Below are positions 47,358 through 61,225 of a stretch of DNA of 64,000 nucleotides, piece after piece. The stretch lies in the NCBI RefSeq assembly GCF_052425735.1, contig NC_135762.1:27838001-27902000 (forward strand), in the 5' to 3' direction. This DNA comes from Oculina patagonica. Lineage: Eukaryota. The notes beneath the pieces were generated by a model. That model searched no databases. It saw only the letters and a list, made by a program, of their open reading frames with translations, and was not told where the DNA came from. The position numbers and the translations under genes were made by a program. Numbering within the stretch: the stretch's first letter is position 1; the number at the start of each line of letters is the position of its first letter.

Positions 47358-50300
47358 TTAAGATCCGTCTTCTTCGGAAATGTCCAGAAGAGGTCTTTCT
47401 TGTTGTCTTGCAAAATAAAACGATATTCGATATGAATGCCACTGCAAGCAACGGTATATTTTCTTTGCCAGAGAAAAAAGTAATCGCACCATCTGAGAGA
47501 AAATGGCGAAAACAAGAAAAATAGACAGCAGTGATGGGACAAACGCCAAAGCACAGACCTCTGCCCACTCCAGAGTTTCCAAATAAGGCCTGGTTGGGCC
47601 ATCAATGCTTGTTCCAAACGAGATAAGAGTTGCTTTTGTAAGGTTAATAATTGCCATACTGACTAAGGTCAGGAGAGAGAACGCTTCAGCTTTGTTGGCA
47701 ATCGGATCGTGATAAGGATTCATTAGTATGTGATGGAGTAAAATGAGAACACAGGTAATAGTCATACAAACCATACGGAACATTGAATTTGTAATGAAGG
47801 CAAGACAAGCAAGCAGTACGAACCGTCGACCAATCAAAATGCTCTCCCAGTAGAGCGTTCCTGTATCGTCAGAGTTTGGTTGACGAAAGGGACCATGCAG
47901 TATTTCTAGAACATCTTTGTTGTTAGCCTGTGCGTTCACAGAATTGTTTTCCCTTTTTTGCAGGAACCTCTTCAAAAACCAGTAAACGAGGAAGGGCAGT
48001 GGAAGTATGCAAGCTCCAAGAAACTCCCATGCAGTAATGGAGGCTTTAAAGAGCATGAAAGAACCACAATAAAGAACAATAATAAAAGGAACCAGAAATA
48101 CTACAAGGTAAGCAAGTAGAATATACTGCCACCATTGCCAACAAAAGACTTCCCCATCTATAAACAGCCGGCTTTTGGAGCCAATAGGGACACAGTGCAA
48201 GAGCTTGAGCGCCGTCTCTGCAAGCCGCTCGTATCCTAGCAGCAGCAACTCTATGAAAACAGCGATGTAATGGATCAGAGACGGTCCTTCTTTTCGTCGT
48301 ATCTTGTTAAAAACACAGTTCAGGCAGTATATAACTACAAGTTCGGCCATTGTGAGGAAAACCGTAACAGAAAGTAGCAACTCCTTGGAAACTGCAGTAA
48401 GTCCTGCAAGAGGGCAGTCTATCGCTCTGTTAAAAGTTTTAACTTGAAAATTAAAAGCAGCAAACATGCTGAAAATAAACGGAATCTTTCGGAGTAAGTG
48501 TTCTGTGGAGCCAACAATCAGTAGTTCGGCTGCTTGATAAAAATAAAATGTAATTTTTAGGTACCCACGGTCCGAGTGTTGATGGACTTGGCCTAAGTCT
48601 CGTATGACAAAAGAGTCTTTCGTTTTTCTAAACCATAAAATTTGCCTTCTAAGGAGACTGAAGATCGGTGGTTTTATCAGAAGATACAGGGTAAATGCAC
48701 TTGTCAACATGATTGTTATAATCCATAACATATGGTTGTTGCATTCAGTACTTTTGTGGCATTCAGTAGAAAACATAGTTTCACTATATCCTGGAGCGCA
48801 CTTTCCACAGAGAAAACCCGCTCTGTTTCCGTGGCAACTGTTGTACTCTTTTGAATTAGAAGCTGGACTTTGACAGTAATGCTCTGGACAGGCAAAGAAG
48901 CTCAGGTTATTGGAAATCGGATAGCCCCAAAAATTGGCTTTAGAAGCTATGTTGTTCTCAATGCAATTGGCTCCATAGGGACAAGGCGAACAGTTAAATG
49001 AGCCTCTTACATTAAAACCTTGCGAAACTCCTTTTTGAAGGCTGTACAAACCAGGAGGGCATAGCCTACAGGAATATTTTAAAACTGTAACATTAATCCT
49101 ACAAGAGCTGCAGTTTTTCTCAGAATACGCAAAATGCGTGTAATTTTCAAATAACAGCTGGCTTCCTTGCCTACATTCAATTGTTGTCCTATTGTCCATG
49201 GTAACGTATCCTCCACTGGAAATGTCAATAACAGCATACCGCGTTCTTTCAGCCTTGTCCGAAACCATTGATGTGTTTTGGAACAGAATAGGTCCTCCAC
49301 TTTCCGAATACAAGAATGTGGATTTGTCAAAATTTGTGTCGTTTACTGACATGTTTTCCACTGATGTCGAGAAAGAACAATCTTTAAAGACAACTCGTCC
49401 AGTTCCATATGCTGAATAAACATGGCCGGAACGCTCTGTAGCAAAATTGTTACGAAACGTACATCTATTAAACGTCACGTTTCCATTGCTGATGTAGACA
49501 GCTCCAGCAATTAATCCCGCGTTTACCTCGAATAAAACATCTTCAAATATCACATCACTGTCATAATTCCACAGAGAATGGATGTCTTCATTTGTTTGCC
49601 TGTTTATACAACCCGTCTTCTGAAGTTTATCAGGGTTGGTTACTATTGATATGGCACCGGTTCCTATCGTATACATACTGGTAGAGCGCGAAACGTATGG
49701 ACGAAAACTAATGCCGTTTCGAAATTTCGATCGTTGTATTGTAAACGTTTTTTTACCAAGGAACTGCAAAACAAAAATGTTGGAGGGTCGGGAATCAAAT
49801 GAGATGTTGTCCAGTTTGATAACTGCGTTTGAACTCACTGTTTTAAACAGTTTCACATTGAAATAAATCCCAAAGTTTCTGTGTTCTGCCTTTCTGCTAC
49901 TAAAATTGGTATTGTTAATGACGAATTTTACTTCTGGTGGATCCGAAAGATTTACTACAATGTCATAAGTATTATTGATAAATGTGCAGTTATAAATGTA
50001 GATGTCAACGGGGATGGTATAATGCAACCAACTCCAGGGAAAAATTCCAAGTCCAGTGCCAAATATGGACTCAAATAAAATGTTAAACACCTTGATTTTG
50101 AACTTAGGACTTAGATACAAACTGCTTCTTATTCTGTTGTGCTGATTAGACATTACAGAGTTTTCAACTATGACGCTTCCTGCCACCTTTTTACTCGTAG
50201 CCATAATTCTAACAGCGCCTCCTCGGTTAAAGGTACACCCGGAAATTGTGATGTTAGTTTTACCACCAGTATTCTGCACTGTCAAAGCATAAGTTGATGA

Positions 50301-51640
50301 ATTTTGAATGCTGCTCCACGAGGAATTGTTGATGATAACCTTGCCATTAGACAGCATGATATGGACACTGTATATTTCTTTTCCGTAGCTATAGAATTTC
50401 TGTACCTTGACCTCTTTCAAATTTGCAGTTACTTTGTTTGTCCTCGATCCGTTCTTGCGAGCATGAGATTTGGGATTCCCAACCAATATCGCGCTTCCGT
50501 AGGATTTTGCGGTGCATTCAGTGAAATTAACGAATGAAATATTAACCTTTATGATTCCGTTTTTGCTTTGAACAAACAACGCCCCACCTCCTGTTGCTCT
50601 GTTTCGTCGAAACCTGCTCTTGACCAAAACTAAAGTCGCGCTTGTTTTTGACTCTAGAAACACCGCTGCCCCTTTGTCGTTTGTTATAGTTTGGTTAAGG
50701 AATGAAGAGTTTCGAATTGTTACAACTGCTTTATCAGACACAATCTTTATACATCGCAATAACTGATTGTGAGAACATCTGAAGTTGCTGAATTGAGCAC
50801 GTGTCTTTCCTGCACGAGAAGTGTACAAATTGTTCCTCCGAGAGGAACTTATCAAGCGAGAAACGCTATTATTTTTAAGGGTGACATCCACGTATTCTTC
50901 GCTCGTAGATCCTGTTGGTAAGTCAAGATTTATAAAGGAGCCATGATTGTTTATGTATGCGATCTTGAAGCACGATATTTGGACATGTGCGATGTTTGTA
51001 TTTTCTCCTTTGTCCGATTTTATTGTTATTGCTCCTCTTGCTAACCGATCTGTGAGAAGCCCGTTGTTTTGAAATTTTGTATCACTGACATTTACGGTAA
51101 GAGACTGATCTCGATTTTTTACGCCATTCAATACAAACACTTCTAGACATGAAGTATTGTTTTCAAAGTACGAGAAACTTTGGATATCAAGTTGCATTCC
51201 TGTGTTGTTTCTCATGCGAACCGTCAAAGCTGTCGACGTGTTTATAAAGGAACAGTTGAGTATTTTAAGGAGATGACAATCTCGAAAACTCAGAGGTGTT
51301 TGCCGAAAGACAATACCAGATAGAACAATCCTCAGTGCCTGTGTGTTGGAAAGAAATTTCAGTCCACCAGAGCAGGAAATGTGTGGTGTGGACTCTATAC
51401 CCACCATGTGCAAACTTTTCTGTACTTGGATTCCCGCATGTGATTCATTGACTATCGCTGGCTGGCAGTCATAGGGGTTTTTCTCAGTATCTTTACCATC
51501 AATGAAAATGTACCCGTTCCAGTCCACTTGACGAACGGCTTGTCCTATCGTCTTGCAAGGCGTACTGCGTTGACCACAACTTTCAGAGTCATCTCCAGTC
51601 TTTGAAACATAAACTTCTTTGTGTTCAGAGTTTTCAGCAC
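47358..51640 (-). CDS. Giant coding exon of a ~1450-aa membrane protein: parallel beta-helix (PbH1/Pmp-like) ectodomain, Cys-rich CxxCPxG repeats, ~9-10 TM TRP/PKD2-like C-terminal domain
   Basis: Open frame from a phase-1 acceptor (TCTATCTCAG at 51641) to TAA at 47358. N-terminus AENSEHKEVYVSKTGDDSESCGQRSTPCKTIGQAV; FxxN/GGA motifs; CRLCPPGLYS, CSPCPYGANC, CPEHYC, GFLCGKCAPGYS; YWESILIGRR, NPY, ANKAEAFSL. Confidence 0.9.
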
Positions 51641-54600
51641 CTGAGATAGAACTTAGTTTGTGAGTAATAGGTGAAGATGGTCTTTGACTCCAATCTATTA
51701 TAGAATTATTATACCCTTTGTAAAAGAACTATTAACCCTGGGACTTGTCCATACTTGGTACAAGGGGTGGGGGGCGGATGGAACCCCCTAAGGTTTTCGT
51801 TCTATTAATGCACAGGGAAATTATTTTGTATTGAGTGAAAAGCCATTAGCTTACGCTACAAGAAGACATAAATAATGCTGACTGTGACATCATATCACGT
51901 CATCAGAGTCGCCATCGTGGCTCCATCACCATGGAGAAAGTCATAAAATAACGGAAATTGATACAAATCAATCCAAAATGCTAATGAGATAAAAAATTGT
52001 ACGAATCTTAAAGTTTTGTTTTAAGAAGTGAACAAATTAAAGAAGTTTGTTAAAAAGACTATTTTTTGTCAAAGATGCATGTTAGTATGACACATAGTTG
52101 ACGTATTAAAATTTTTGCAGGGATAAATGGACAGCTGGAAACATTGTAGATTGAGTAAATTCCCCTTTCATAAATAAGAAGAAACCTTTGGGGGGCACCT
52201 GCCCCCCTACCCCGCTGTAGGTCCAAGGTTTAATCTGTACATAAATGTTTTCATGTAATGAATGTGAAATTTCTATGTCTCCATAGCAATCGATGTAATT
52301 CATCGCGAAGAGAGGTTGATAATTTTGTAGAGAGAGGTCTGATTCAGTGGAGAGTTGCGATGTTAAGTAAGGTAGCTCCGTCTCTCTCCCATATGCATGA
52401 TACACGACAAAGGGGGTTGCCAGGCAAATGAAAACCAATACGACCGACACGGGTAGACCGTGAATTCAAAGATACGTGTGGCAGTAGTAGATTTTGGCGC
52501 TAAACGCTAAAGGTTTTGGTCACGTGGCTGAGCGTTTTATCCGCCAGTTTGAACAATGACGTTCTCTGTAAACAGCAAAGGAAGAACTTTTTTGTTCGAG
52601 GAAAATCAAACGACGAAAGCATACGAGGCAGTGTTATCGACTCCATTATACCGTCTGTTGCATCAAAACGTGATCAGGACGTTAACGTTATCAAAATTCA
52701 AACAGTTAAAGTGGTAGACACTGGGTGTCTACCATTTGGCTAAAAAAAACCGGTTGGAATGACTGTTGAATAACTTTAAAAAACAGACTGAAAACCGACC
52801 GAAAGAGATGGTGTTTAACAAGTATTATTATACATTGTAGTCACTATCTGTCTTCCCATTGGCTAAAAGCCTACAGTTAATTATAGGAGTTAGCGCAACC
52901 TACAGATTATTCACTAATCTGCTAGCAGATTGGTGAATAATCTGTACTGAGGTTGCTCGCGCAATGCATGATTTCTAAGAGCAATGTCAAGCACTCAGAT
53001 AACACTTATCTCTACCTTGATTACTATGGATATCACATCAAAAAACTCATTCAATATTTTTTTAGAATTTAGTTTCCTTGAGAGCCGTGGATATTTTATG
53101 TATTGCGTAACTGCCTAATTATAAGAGTTTGTACATGTATGGGAATGTAACGATCGCATATAGCAGCTCGATATGTGTCAGAGGAGAAAGATCAGTAAAA
53201 ACGACTTAAGTGAGCGTCCGTGTAAGAACCCACCACTCGATTTTCGGCCCAGAACAGAATTCCTTCAAATTTTCTGTGCAAGACAATTGATCCATATGAT
53301 AAACAAAAATAGCAATATTTTGGCTTGTAGTGTTATTTGTCAATATTTTTGGCAATAATTGCTGAGAACGGTCAAAAACCGAAAAAATCATCCTGTTTCG
53401 AGTCAAATTTAGGCGTCGCGCTCAACGCGCTGAAAAATTACTCTTTAACTCAAATGAAATGAAACTTGTATATCATTTTATTTTATGTCTTTTCTATTAG
53501 TTCATGTTAAAATATTTGAAATCGGACTTAACAAAAATTAATTATGATTTTTTTTAAACACTCCATAAAGAGCCATCGCAAAAATCACGCAAACATACTG
53601 TTGGTTAGAGAGGTTTTTCTCAAAAGTTTAACGCGATCTAGAGCCCTAGACACTATCCACGATTAGTACTAGGGTTGGTGTACTAGAAGCAAGAAAAAAA
53701 GTTTTGGGCGCTAAGCTTTTTGAATTTTAGGAGTTTTATCAACAAAGCCTATTTTTAACGGTCGCAACGCGCGTCACGCAATTTCTTACTATTGTGTTTC
53801 CTATCTTTCCCACATAAAACAGTTGTCTGAGGGAGCAAATATTTTTGAAACTAGCTTTCTGCTCGGAAAAAGACATGGACAATCCTAAATTTATCAAATA
53901 TCGCCCCAAAAATAAGAATTAAGAAGGTTAAATCATGAGCGGCTCCGGTATGAGTTGTCTTTAGTTCCGTCTTTAACTGTGCAAAAAGCTTCGAAAAGCG
54001 GTTTCCGTGATTCGGTAATCATAAATAGGGAAAGAACTACGAAAGAAACCCTTAATAATTTAACATATTAAACACATTTAGCAGCTAGAAATTATTATCA
54101 TTGTATTATTAAAGTGTACGCCCAGAGAAAATGCAACACAAATGAAAATAGGCCAAAGCGAATTTCTCAGAAAATGACTGTTTCAGTCGGCTTTGATGCA
54201 CGCGGGAATGTCAATGAAAGTTATTTTTAGTAGGTTAATTTCAACCCGTGTGACAAATGCTTGCTGCTAAAACTATTTCTTGTTTTACTTTATATCATTT
54301 GTTTTTCAATTTTGTGAATTGGCTACAAACTTTGCCTTTAATATTTATTTTCTTCACTTTTTTTTTTTGCACTGCCCTTGTGCTAAATTTAACTTATGCA
54401 AATTTGTGACAATTGATGTCGTGCGTGCTTACATTACGGCAGGAATAGTTTTGCTCTTTGCGTTTCGTGTTGTTTCGTTCTGTAAAATGGCAGGATTTTG
54501 TTCCTTCTCGGCAATTTTAGGTGGTAAGTGCGAAAGTAGTCGTGGACATACAGATTGTATAGCCCCAAATGATTGTGACGGCGATATCAGTTTGCATCTA

Positions 54601-55312
54601 GCAAATCACCACCTGTCAAGAGAAAATTGATGTGAAAGGGATCTAATACTGGCAAGAGCAGGTCTTTTAGAACTCACTGAAGAAAAGATTAAGAATATGA
54701 TGGTTTGTCCAGCCCATCGTTTTACCTTAGGAAAGTACTGGCAAGCTCCGAAGACCTGCCAGTATCCAAGACATCATGGAAAGAAATCGGCGGTAACTCA
54801 GGGACACATGATGTAAATTTCAAGCTGGCCAGGGAAATTAAAAACCTCTTTGGAGAAGCTGCACCCGTTGGTTCCCGTAAGTTTTATATTTAAAGATTGT
54901 TCTTAATCGCTAAAAATTGTTTACATTGTTAAGCCCTAGGCTGAAACAGATTTCACTTCCGTAAATATGAAATGCTAGGTCATTACTATTGTTGCATGGT
55001 GACAACTGTTCTCTGGACGCGTTCTGTTAGCTTACCTGAGACCGGCTCAAACACAGGATAAAATGTTATTATAAAGTAATTTGAATGCGACTTAAATATT
55101 TTATTCTTAGTGACATAGCTTGCAACACCTGATGTTTTTAACCGTGACTAAATAAATTACTCTTTCAAGTTTGCTGCGAACATAGGGGTCAGGGTGGTTG
55201 AAGGCGATTGTGGAGGAGGGGGGGGGGGATTACTATACGTGGAGGTTCTGCCCATTTGTATGGTTTAGGTATATTAATGGGCAGAATTTTGCAAGTTTAA
55301 GTATATAAAAAG

Positions 55313-55456
55313 GTAAAGTATGTATACGAGCCTAGGGGCCCCATCACGTTTCCGTAGCATAAAGCGACTAGGAGTATTCCCATCGCAGGGTTACCCCCAG
55401 TCTTGCCCAAAGAACACGACATATTGAACCCGGCCAGGACTCGAACCCGACCACTG
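55313..55456 (-). mobile_element. SINE fragment (same family as 45270-45537)
   Basis: GTAGCATAAAGCGACTAG, CCATCGCAGGG and CCCGGCCAGGACTCGAACCC are reverse-complement matches to the family. Confidence 0.55.
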
Positions 55457-55720
55457 CAGGAATTTTGCACTTAGTGATCCGGTAGAACCCGAATTTCAAA
55501 AGTCATGTTCACATCAGCACTTATCCACTTGCGATGACTGCCAAGGGCTAAAGAAAGTACTTCAGGAACTACGACTTGAGATGGAAGGTCCATCCTGGAC
55601 GCCAGTTAATTCAGAACAACGAGAAGATTTACTGTACGACTATGACCGCGCAAAGTCAGATATCTTTCTATGGAAAGCGCACATTGTCCGCTCAATAAAC
55701 CAGGAAGAGGCGAAGCAAGA

Positions 55721-55867
55721 GGAGGCAGCGTGGCCGAGTGGTTAGAGCGTCGGCTTGTGTCCGGGATCGCGGGTTCAGTCCCTTTTCCCTGGTTTTTCGG
55801 TAGGCCCGAGTTCACTCCCGCTGGTTTAAACCAACCGCGCCCGGTTTTTCAAAACCCGGGGGGGGAA
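55721..55867 (+). mobile_element. tRNA-derived SINE inserted into the transposase
   Basis: A-box GTGGCCGAGTGGTTAG and B-box-like GGGTTCAGTCCC; splits EEAKQD|LLKTAD. Confidence 0.65.
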
Positions 55868-57711
55868 ATTTTACTGAAAACAGCCGACGCGACGTCCGCC
55901 ATTGCTATAATGGACTGGGCCATGAAATTTCTTCAACTGAAATATCGTGAGAAGCAGTCCGAATGGTTCGGAAAACGAGGGCTCAGCTGGCATATATCCA
56001 CCGTCATAACCAAGAATGTCAGCACTGGTAATCATATGCTCACATCCTTGATTCCTGCCAGCAGAATTGGTATGCAGTCTGTTCGATCATCGAGAACACA
56101 CTGGAGGCCTTAAAGAAGGAACATCCTCACATAACTCAGGTGAACTTTAGAAGTGACGAAGCAGGCTGTTACTACAACAACTTTCTCGTGGCGGCCGTAA
56201 GAGATGCTGGGAACCGAGTTGGTATCACCGTCACACGGTACGACTTTTCCGAGCCACAATACGGGAAAGCAAAGATGTCTGTGATAGGATCCTTTGCCCG
56301 ATGAAGTCAGCTATGCGACGCTATTGCAACGAGGGACACGATGTTCCTTCTGCAAAGGACATGCGTACAGCGCTTTCCGAACGTCCTGTCCGAGGCACAA
56401 CTGCCAGTGTTTGCTCTGTGAATGAGTCTCAAAAGACACTTGAAGTAAAAATGACAGATCATTTCAGCAGGTATCATAACTTTCAATTTGAATCAAATGG
56501 CATTAGAATCTGGAGAGCTTATAACGTAGGGCAAGGGAGGCTCATTCCCTACCAAGACATCATGGTCAAGCCTCAGGGTCCTACAGATCTTGTTATAGAT
56601 GTCGACTTTTTTCCAGTCAAGGAAGCACGAATCCATAACGCCACATCAACTGATGGCGAGGAAACCAGCGGTCTTTTCTCTTGCCCTGAGCCTGGGTGTC
56701 AAATGGTCTTCAAAAAAGTTAGTGAGCTTGAGAATCATCTTGATGTTGGCGAGCACCGCCAAATGCGCGGAGGGTCCGAAACGGCGTATGACAAACTCAG
56801 AAGAGACTGGGCCGAGAAATTCCTTAATGTTGACAACAACGAGGGAAGTAGCAGTGCACCGGTAGCACATTGCGATGAGCGAGGAGACGAATTTGAATAT
56901 CAAGCTCCTAGTTTTTGCAGTGACTTACAGCTTGGCTGGGCTCTACACAAGGCGCGAAATCAAGGTGTGCGATTTCCTGATAATGTTAAACAATACCTAA
57001 CGAGGAAATTCGACCTTGGAGAGAGAACCGGCAACAAGGCAGATCCCGGAAAAGTGGCTGCAGACATGAGAACAGCAAGAAGACCAGATGGTTTGCGGAT
57101 ATTTGACAGGTAAGACTGGCTCACGAAAAGTCAAGTACAGGGTTTTTTTTCGAGACTAGCGGCCACAGGAAAAAAGCAGGGGAACCAAGAGTTACAGATG
57201 GAGGATGTGTACGCAGAGGAGGAAGAGGAAGAAAGGCGTGAAGTGCTAGAGAGCGTCGCCGCTGAACTCAGTCCCAGGCATCCAATCTGCTATGATTCTT
57301 ACTGCCTGTGTGACCTGGCACGAGACGAGAGTCTTGACAGTTTCAGTGTAGTTATGCTTAAGGAGATATTAAGATATTTTGAGATTCCCTTTGGTTCACG
57401 AGATCGGAAAAAAATCTAGTAGTGAACTTGTTCTCATTCTTGGAAGAATGTGACTGTCGCCAATAGGAAGGAACGTTCAAATGCTATCTATTCAATTCGC
57501 GGATGCGTTTGGCTGTTGTTCAAACGTTTAATAGTATTTTTCTGTGAACCGAGAAAATAAAAATAGTTTAAAGCCCTGTATTACTGTTAACCCTGGCGTA
57601 CAAGGGGGGAAAGGATCCCCCCCCCCTAAAGTCGTTCTTTTTTGTTGCTGAGTAAAATTAGTTAGTACTATCCACTTTAGAGACCGGTCATTATTTATCA
57701 GGGGTGGAGGC

Positions 57712-58033
57712 ATTCTACGTCACCCATAGCCCTTTCGTTTCTCTTAGCCGGCCTTGGCACGTCAGAAATACGGAGGGCTCTGGGGACATAGGATTTTTGA
57801 ATTAATTCGAATTTTTTTGATTGGCTGTTTGGAACAAAGAATTCCTAAACGGAAGTCGAAAATGTAACGACTCTCTCATAACATTCTATTCGATTAGCAT
57901 CATGACTGCATACATGAAGACCGGAAGTCCTAGAATCTAGGACTGGAAATCCTGTGTCCCCAGAGGGCTCTTTGTTTCCTCGTGCCAAGGCCCAGCCGGC
58001 TAAGAGAAACGAAAGGGCTATGGGGACGAGAAT
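57712..58033. mobile_element. MITE nested inside the Sola3 element
   Basis: TIR ...CCCATAGCCCTTTCGTTTCTCTTAGCCGGC. Confidence 0.8.
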
Positions 58034-61000
58034 AATTTCGCTACGCCTTAATATAACGAACTCCGGGGGGGGCCCCCCCGGGGGTGGGGTTAAGGGGGGT
58101 CGAGGGCCCACGAAATTGTGGAAAAAGTGGGCTAACAAATTATGACCCTCCCCCACACTGGAACCAAAAATTGTGACCCTCCCCAAGTTGGAGTCTATTA
58201 AGGGTGCCCGCGGGTATTTCCAGGAGCGGAGGTGCTATTTTAAAAATCGAATTTTGGGCATGGAAAGTTAAACCGATTTTTCTTATTTTTCGGTAGTCGT
58301 AATGACAAACTAGAACTATAAAAGAAACGAAATAAATGAACAGGAAATATCAGCATATTTAAATTACTCTATTTTTATTATTACGGCCACCTTGTTAGAA
58401 ACCCCATTTTTACTCCCATACAAACTCTGTATTTTTACATTCTCGTAAGCGGACATCCCCGTAAGCGGCCGCGGACACTTTCCGAGATTACGACTTAGAC
58501 TTTTTCTTTGTTTTTAAGCTCCCGTAAGCGCACACCGCAAAGAGAATCATATAAAAAAACCTCTGTATCTTGTATTAATCAATCAACTTCACATCGCCGT
58601 TCGTCACAATGATTTTACTGTAATTACAGAACCATATTTCAGTGTTTGTTTTGTCGTCATTCACGTCCGGTTACATTTTGAAACACAAGCTCCCGTAAGC
58701 AACCATCTATCCCTTTACACCTCTAGTGGCCCCTTACAAGAACCATTCTCGTAAGCGGCCAGCACCAGTTGCAGACACTTTTTTCGCGTCCCGAGGGTGT
58801 CCGCTTATGAGAGCTTCGACTGTAATACTATTTTTCTAAACGCAAAGATAGCTTTTTTATTACTGTCAATAAGTTAAAATTATCCAAAAATTCATTTGAG
58901 CAAGTTTCAACGAAATCGGCTGGGTAGAAATCGCTGCACAGTTGACTGTTATAGATTTCAGCTTCGCCAGTTGTTACAACAACGCTTGAGTAATGTTTCG
59001 ATTGCATTGACAGGTCACTTACTTCTCTTCTTTTTCGATTCGCCATCGATGTAAGCCTTACAGTATCTTTTAATAAAAGTGGAAACAGAGAGAAAGAAAC
59101 TAGACACCCAATTCTTTTTTTCTTTATTGGGGGGTCAATTTTACCAGAATTGAAATCAACTTTGTTTTGATACGCCGCGACGTGTAAACCTTCTACAAAT
59201 TTGCATAAATTGAATTCAGCGAAGACTGAGAATAATTTGATGACGGCATATGGGCTATTTTCAAAAGTCGAAACCAATTATAGAAGTCGTTTTGCTTTGC
59301 CAACGTAACAATTTAAGAAATGAAGTATAAAGGGAGGGCAAAATATTAATGTACGTGACATCCTAAAAATAACATTTACATTCCAGCGTGTTAGCCGATT
59401 GAAATCTACATTCCCTGCAAAGATTTTCGCCGTAGTATAAGTCGATGTAAATTCGCCGTACATAATTTTTTAAGGCACTTTATACTATGAATAAAACTTC
59501 TTGTTGTTAAAAATCTCGTTGTCAAAATGCGCGAAGGGTTTTTTCATAGTTCATTCCTTATGATATCCAAATCACGGAAACGTCTTTTTCGAAGCTTTCC
59601 AGTGAAACTAAAGACTCGCACCGGAGCCGCTATGACTTTTAAAACCTTCTTAATTCTTATTTTTGGGGCTATATTTGATAAATGTAGGATTGTCCATGCC
59701 TTATTCCGAGCAGAAAGCTAGTTTCGAAAATATTTGCTCCCTCGGACAACTGTTTTATGTGGGAAAGATAGGAAACACAATAGTAAGAAATTGCGTGACG
59801 CGCGTTACGACCGTTAAAAATAGGCTTTGTTTATAGAACTCCTAAAATTCGAAAAGCTCAGTGCCCAAAACTTTTTTTCTTGTTTCTAGTACACCAACCC
59901 TAGTACTAATAGTGGATAGTGTCCAGGGCTCTAGATCGCGTTAAACTTTTGAGAAAAATCTCTCTAACCAACAGTATGTTTGCGTGATTTTTGCGATGGC
60001 TCTTTATGGGGTGTTTAAAAAAAATCATAATTAATTTTTGTTAAGTCCGATTTCAAATATTTTAACATGAACTAATCAACAAGACATAAAATAAAATGAT
60101 ATACAAGTTTCATTTCATTTGAGTTAAAGAGTAATTTTTCAGCGCGTTGAGCGCGACGCCTAAATTTGACTCGAAACAGGATGATTTTTTCGGTTTTTGA
60201 CCGTTCTCAGCAATCATCGCCAAAAATATTGACAAATAACACTACAAGCCAAAATATTGCTATTTTTGTTTATCATATGGATCAATTGTCTTGCACAGAA
60301 AATTTGAAGGAATTCTGTTCTGGGCCGAAAATCGAGTGGTCGGTTCTTACACGGACGCCCACTTAATACTCCTTTTCTGTGTGTTACGTGTGTTTCGTGG
60401 TGTTTCGCGGCCGTTTTAAAGCGATTCCAAGGAATTTTAGTTTCACTGTTGTCTCTTCCATATTAATAACTCCTGATATATGTTCCATGCAGCGCAGTTT
60501 TCTTTTTTTACCAAGGTCTCATTTACATATTTTAATATCTGCTTTCGCGTTTTCGATTTAGTGGTGTCGACTGGTGCTTTATTTATTGTAATTTAGTTTT
60601 ATATGTTCCAAATGATATTATCGCAGACTCATATATACTGATAGGCTTCATCACTTCAGCCAAAAAGTCGCAATAGTATACTTGTTTATTTCGATCACTG
60701 TTTCTGTTTGCAGATCACTCGACCTTTAATAAATATTTTATTGCCGACGATTAAAGTGTCATTCCTTTCTCATTAAAAAAAAAGTAAGCGAAGGGTCGAG
60801 AAAACCTTCTGCAAAAGCTGATCTACATCTCTTTTTTTTTTCAAATATTTAATTATAAGCACAAAAACTGTGCCAAACGCAAAGATCGTCCCTTGAACAA
60901 AACGGGAAGAATACATGCTCATTCAAAAAGATTATTTCGTTTTCTTCGTTAGCTTGAGACTATTCATATTAATCTTCATTGACATCAAGAAACTATCCTA

Positions 61001-61225
61001 GAAACGAGTTAAACAAGATCCGGCTTGCGTACAATTCCGCACGGCTCCAACTTTTACATCTTGCTAGGTTCCGAACACTTGCTGACATGGTTCAGTCAGC
61101 GGCTTTACCGGTTAAACAGCCGGTTCTAAAGGTGTGTTCTTTATAACCGAAGTTTGCTTTAAATAACGGAGTTATGCCTATACTGCATTAGTTTTACACA
61201 ATAAAACAAACAGAAAGAACTATAC

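Larger units (their letters stand above)
54487..57466 (+). pseudogene. Sola3-type transposase pseudogene
   Basis: Exon 54487-54876 (MAGFCSF...CPAHRFTLGKYW...CQYP), then FALSDP, DWAMKF..YREKQSEWFGKRGLSWH, RSDEAGCY, SEPQYGK.DVCDR, C2H2 finger CPEPGC...H...H and LGWAL. Disrupted by stops, frameshifts, an internal deletion and SINE insertions. Confidence 0.8.
53210..60362 (+). mobile_element. Sola3-like DNA transposon, 7.15 kb, defective
   Basis: ~840-bp TIRs (53210-~54053 and ~59534-60362); TTAA on both flanks (53206-53209, 60363-60366); transposase remnants inside. Confidence 0.88.

Noticed and set aside
47358-51527. GTG start at 51527 and a bacterial origin for the 1389-aa ORF
   Set aside because: The frame extends to a splice acceptor at 51641 and matching signal-peptide exons exist, so it is a spliced eukaryotic gene
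55721-55790. tRNA gene
   Set aside because: A/B-box-like head, but no closed cloverleaf, and it continues into SINE body sequence inside a transposase
55670-56113. 147-aa ORF as a real gene
   Set aside because: Chimera of off-frame transposase, SINE insert and transposase
58828-59463. 149-aa and 61-aa ORFs as a cargo gene
   Set aside because: No recognisable motifs, non-ATG start for the longer one; lies in the subterminal region of the transposon
53206-60366. piggyBac or Kolobok assignment from the TTAA target
   Set aside because: Termini are GTG..CAC rather than CCC or RR, the TIRs are ~840 bp, and the transposase motifs (DWAMK, C2H2, GWA) fit Sola3
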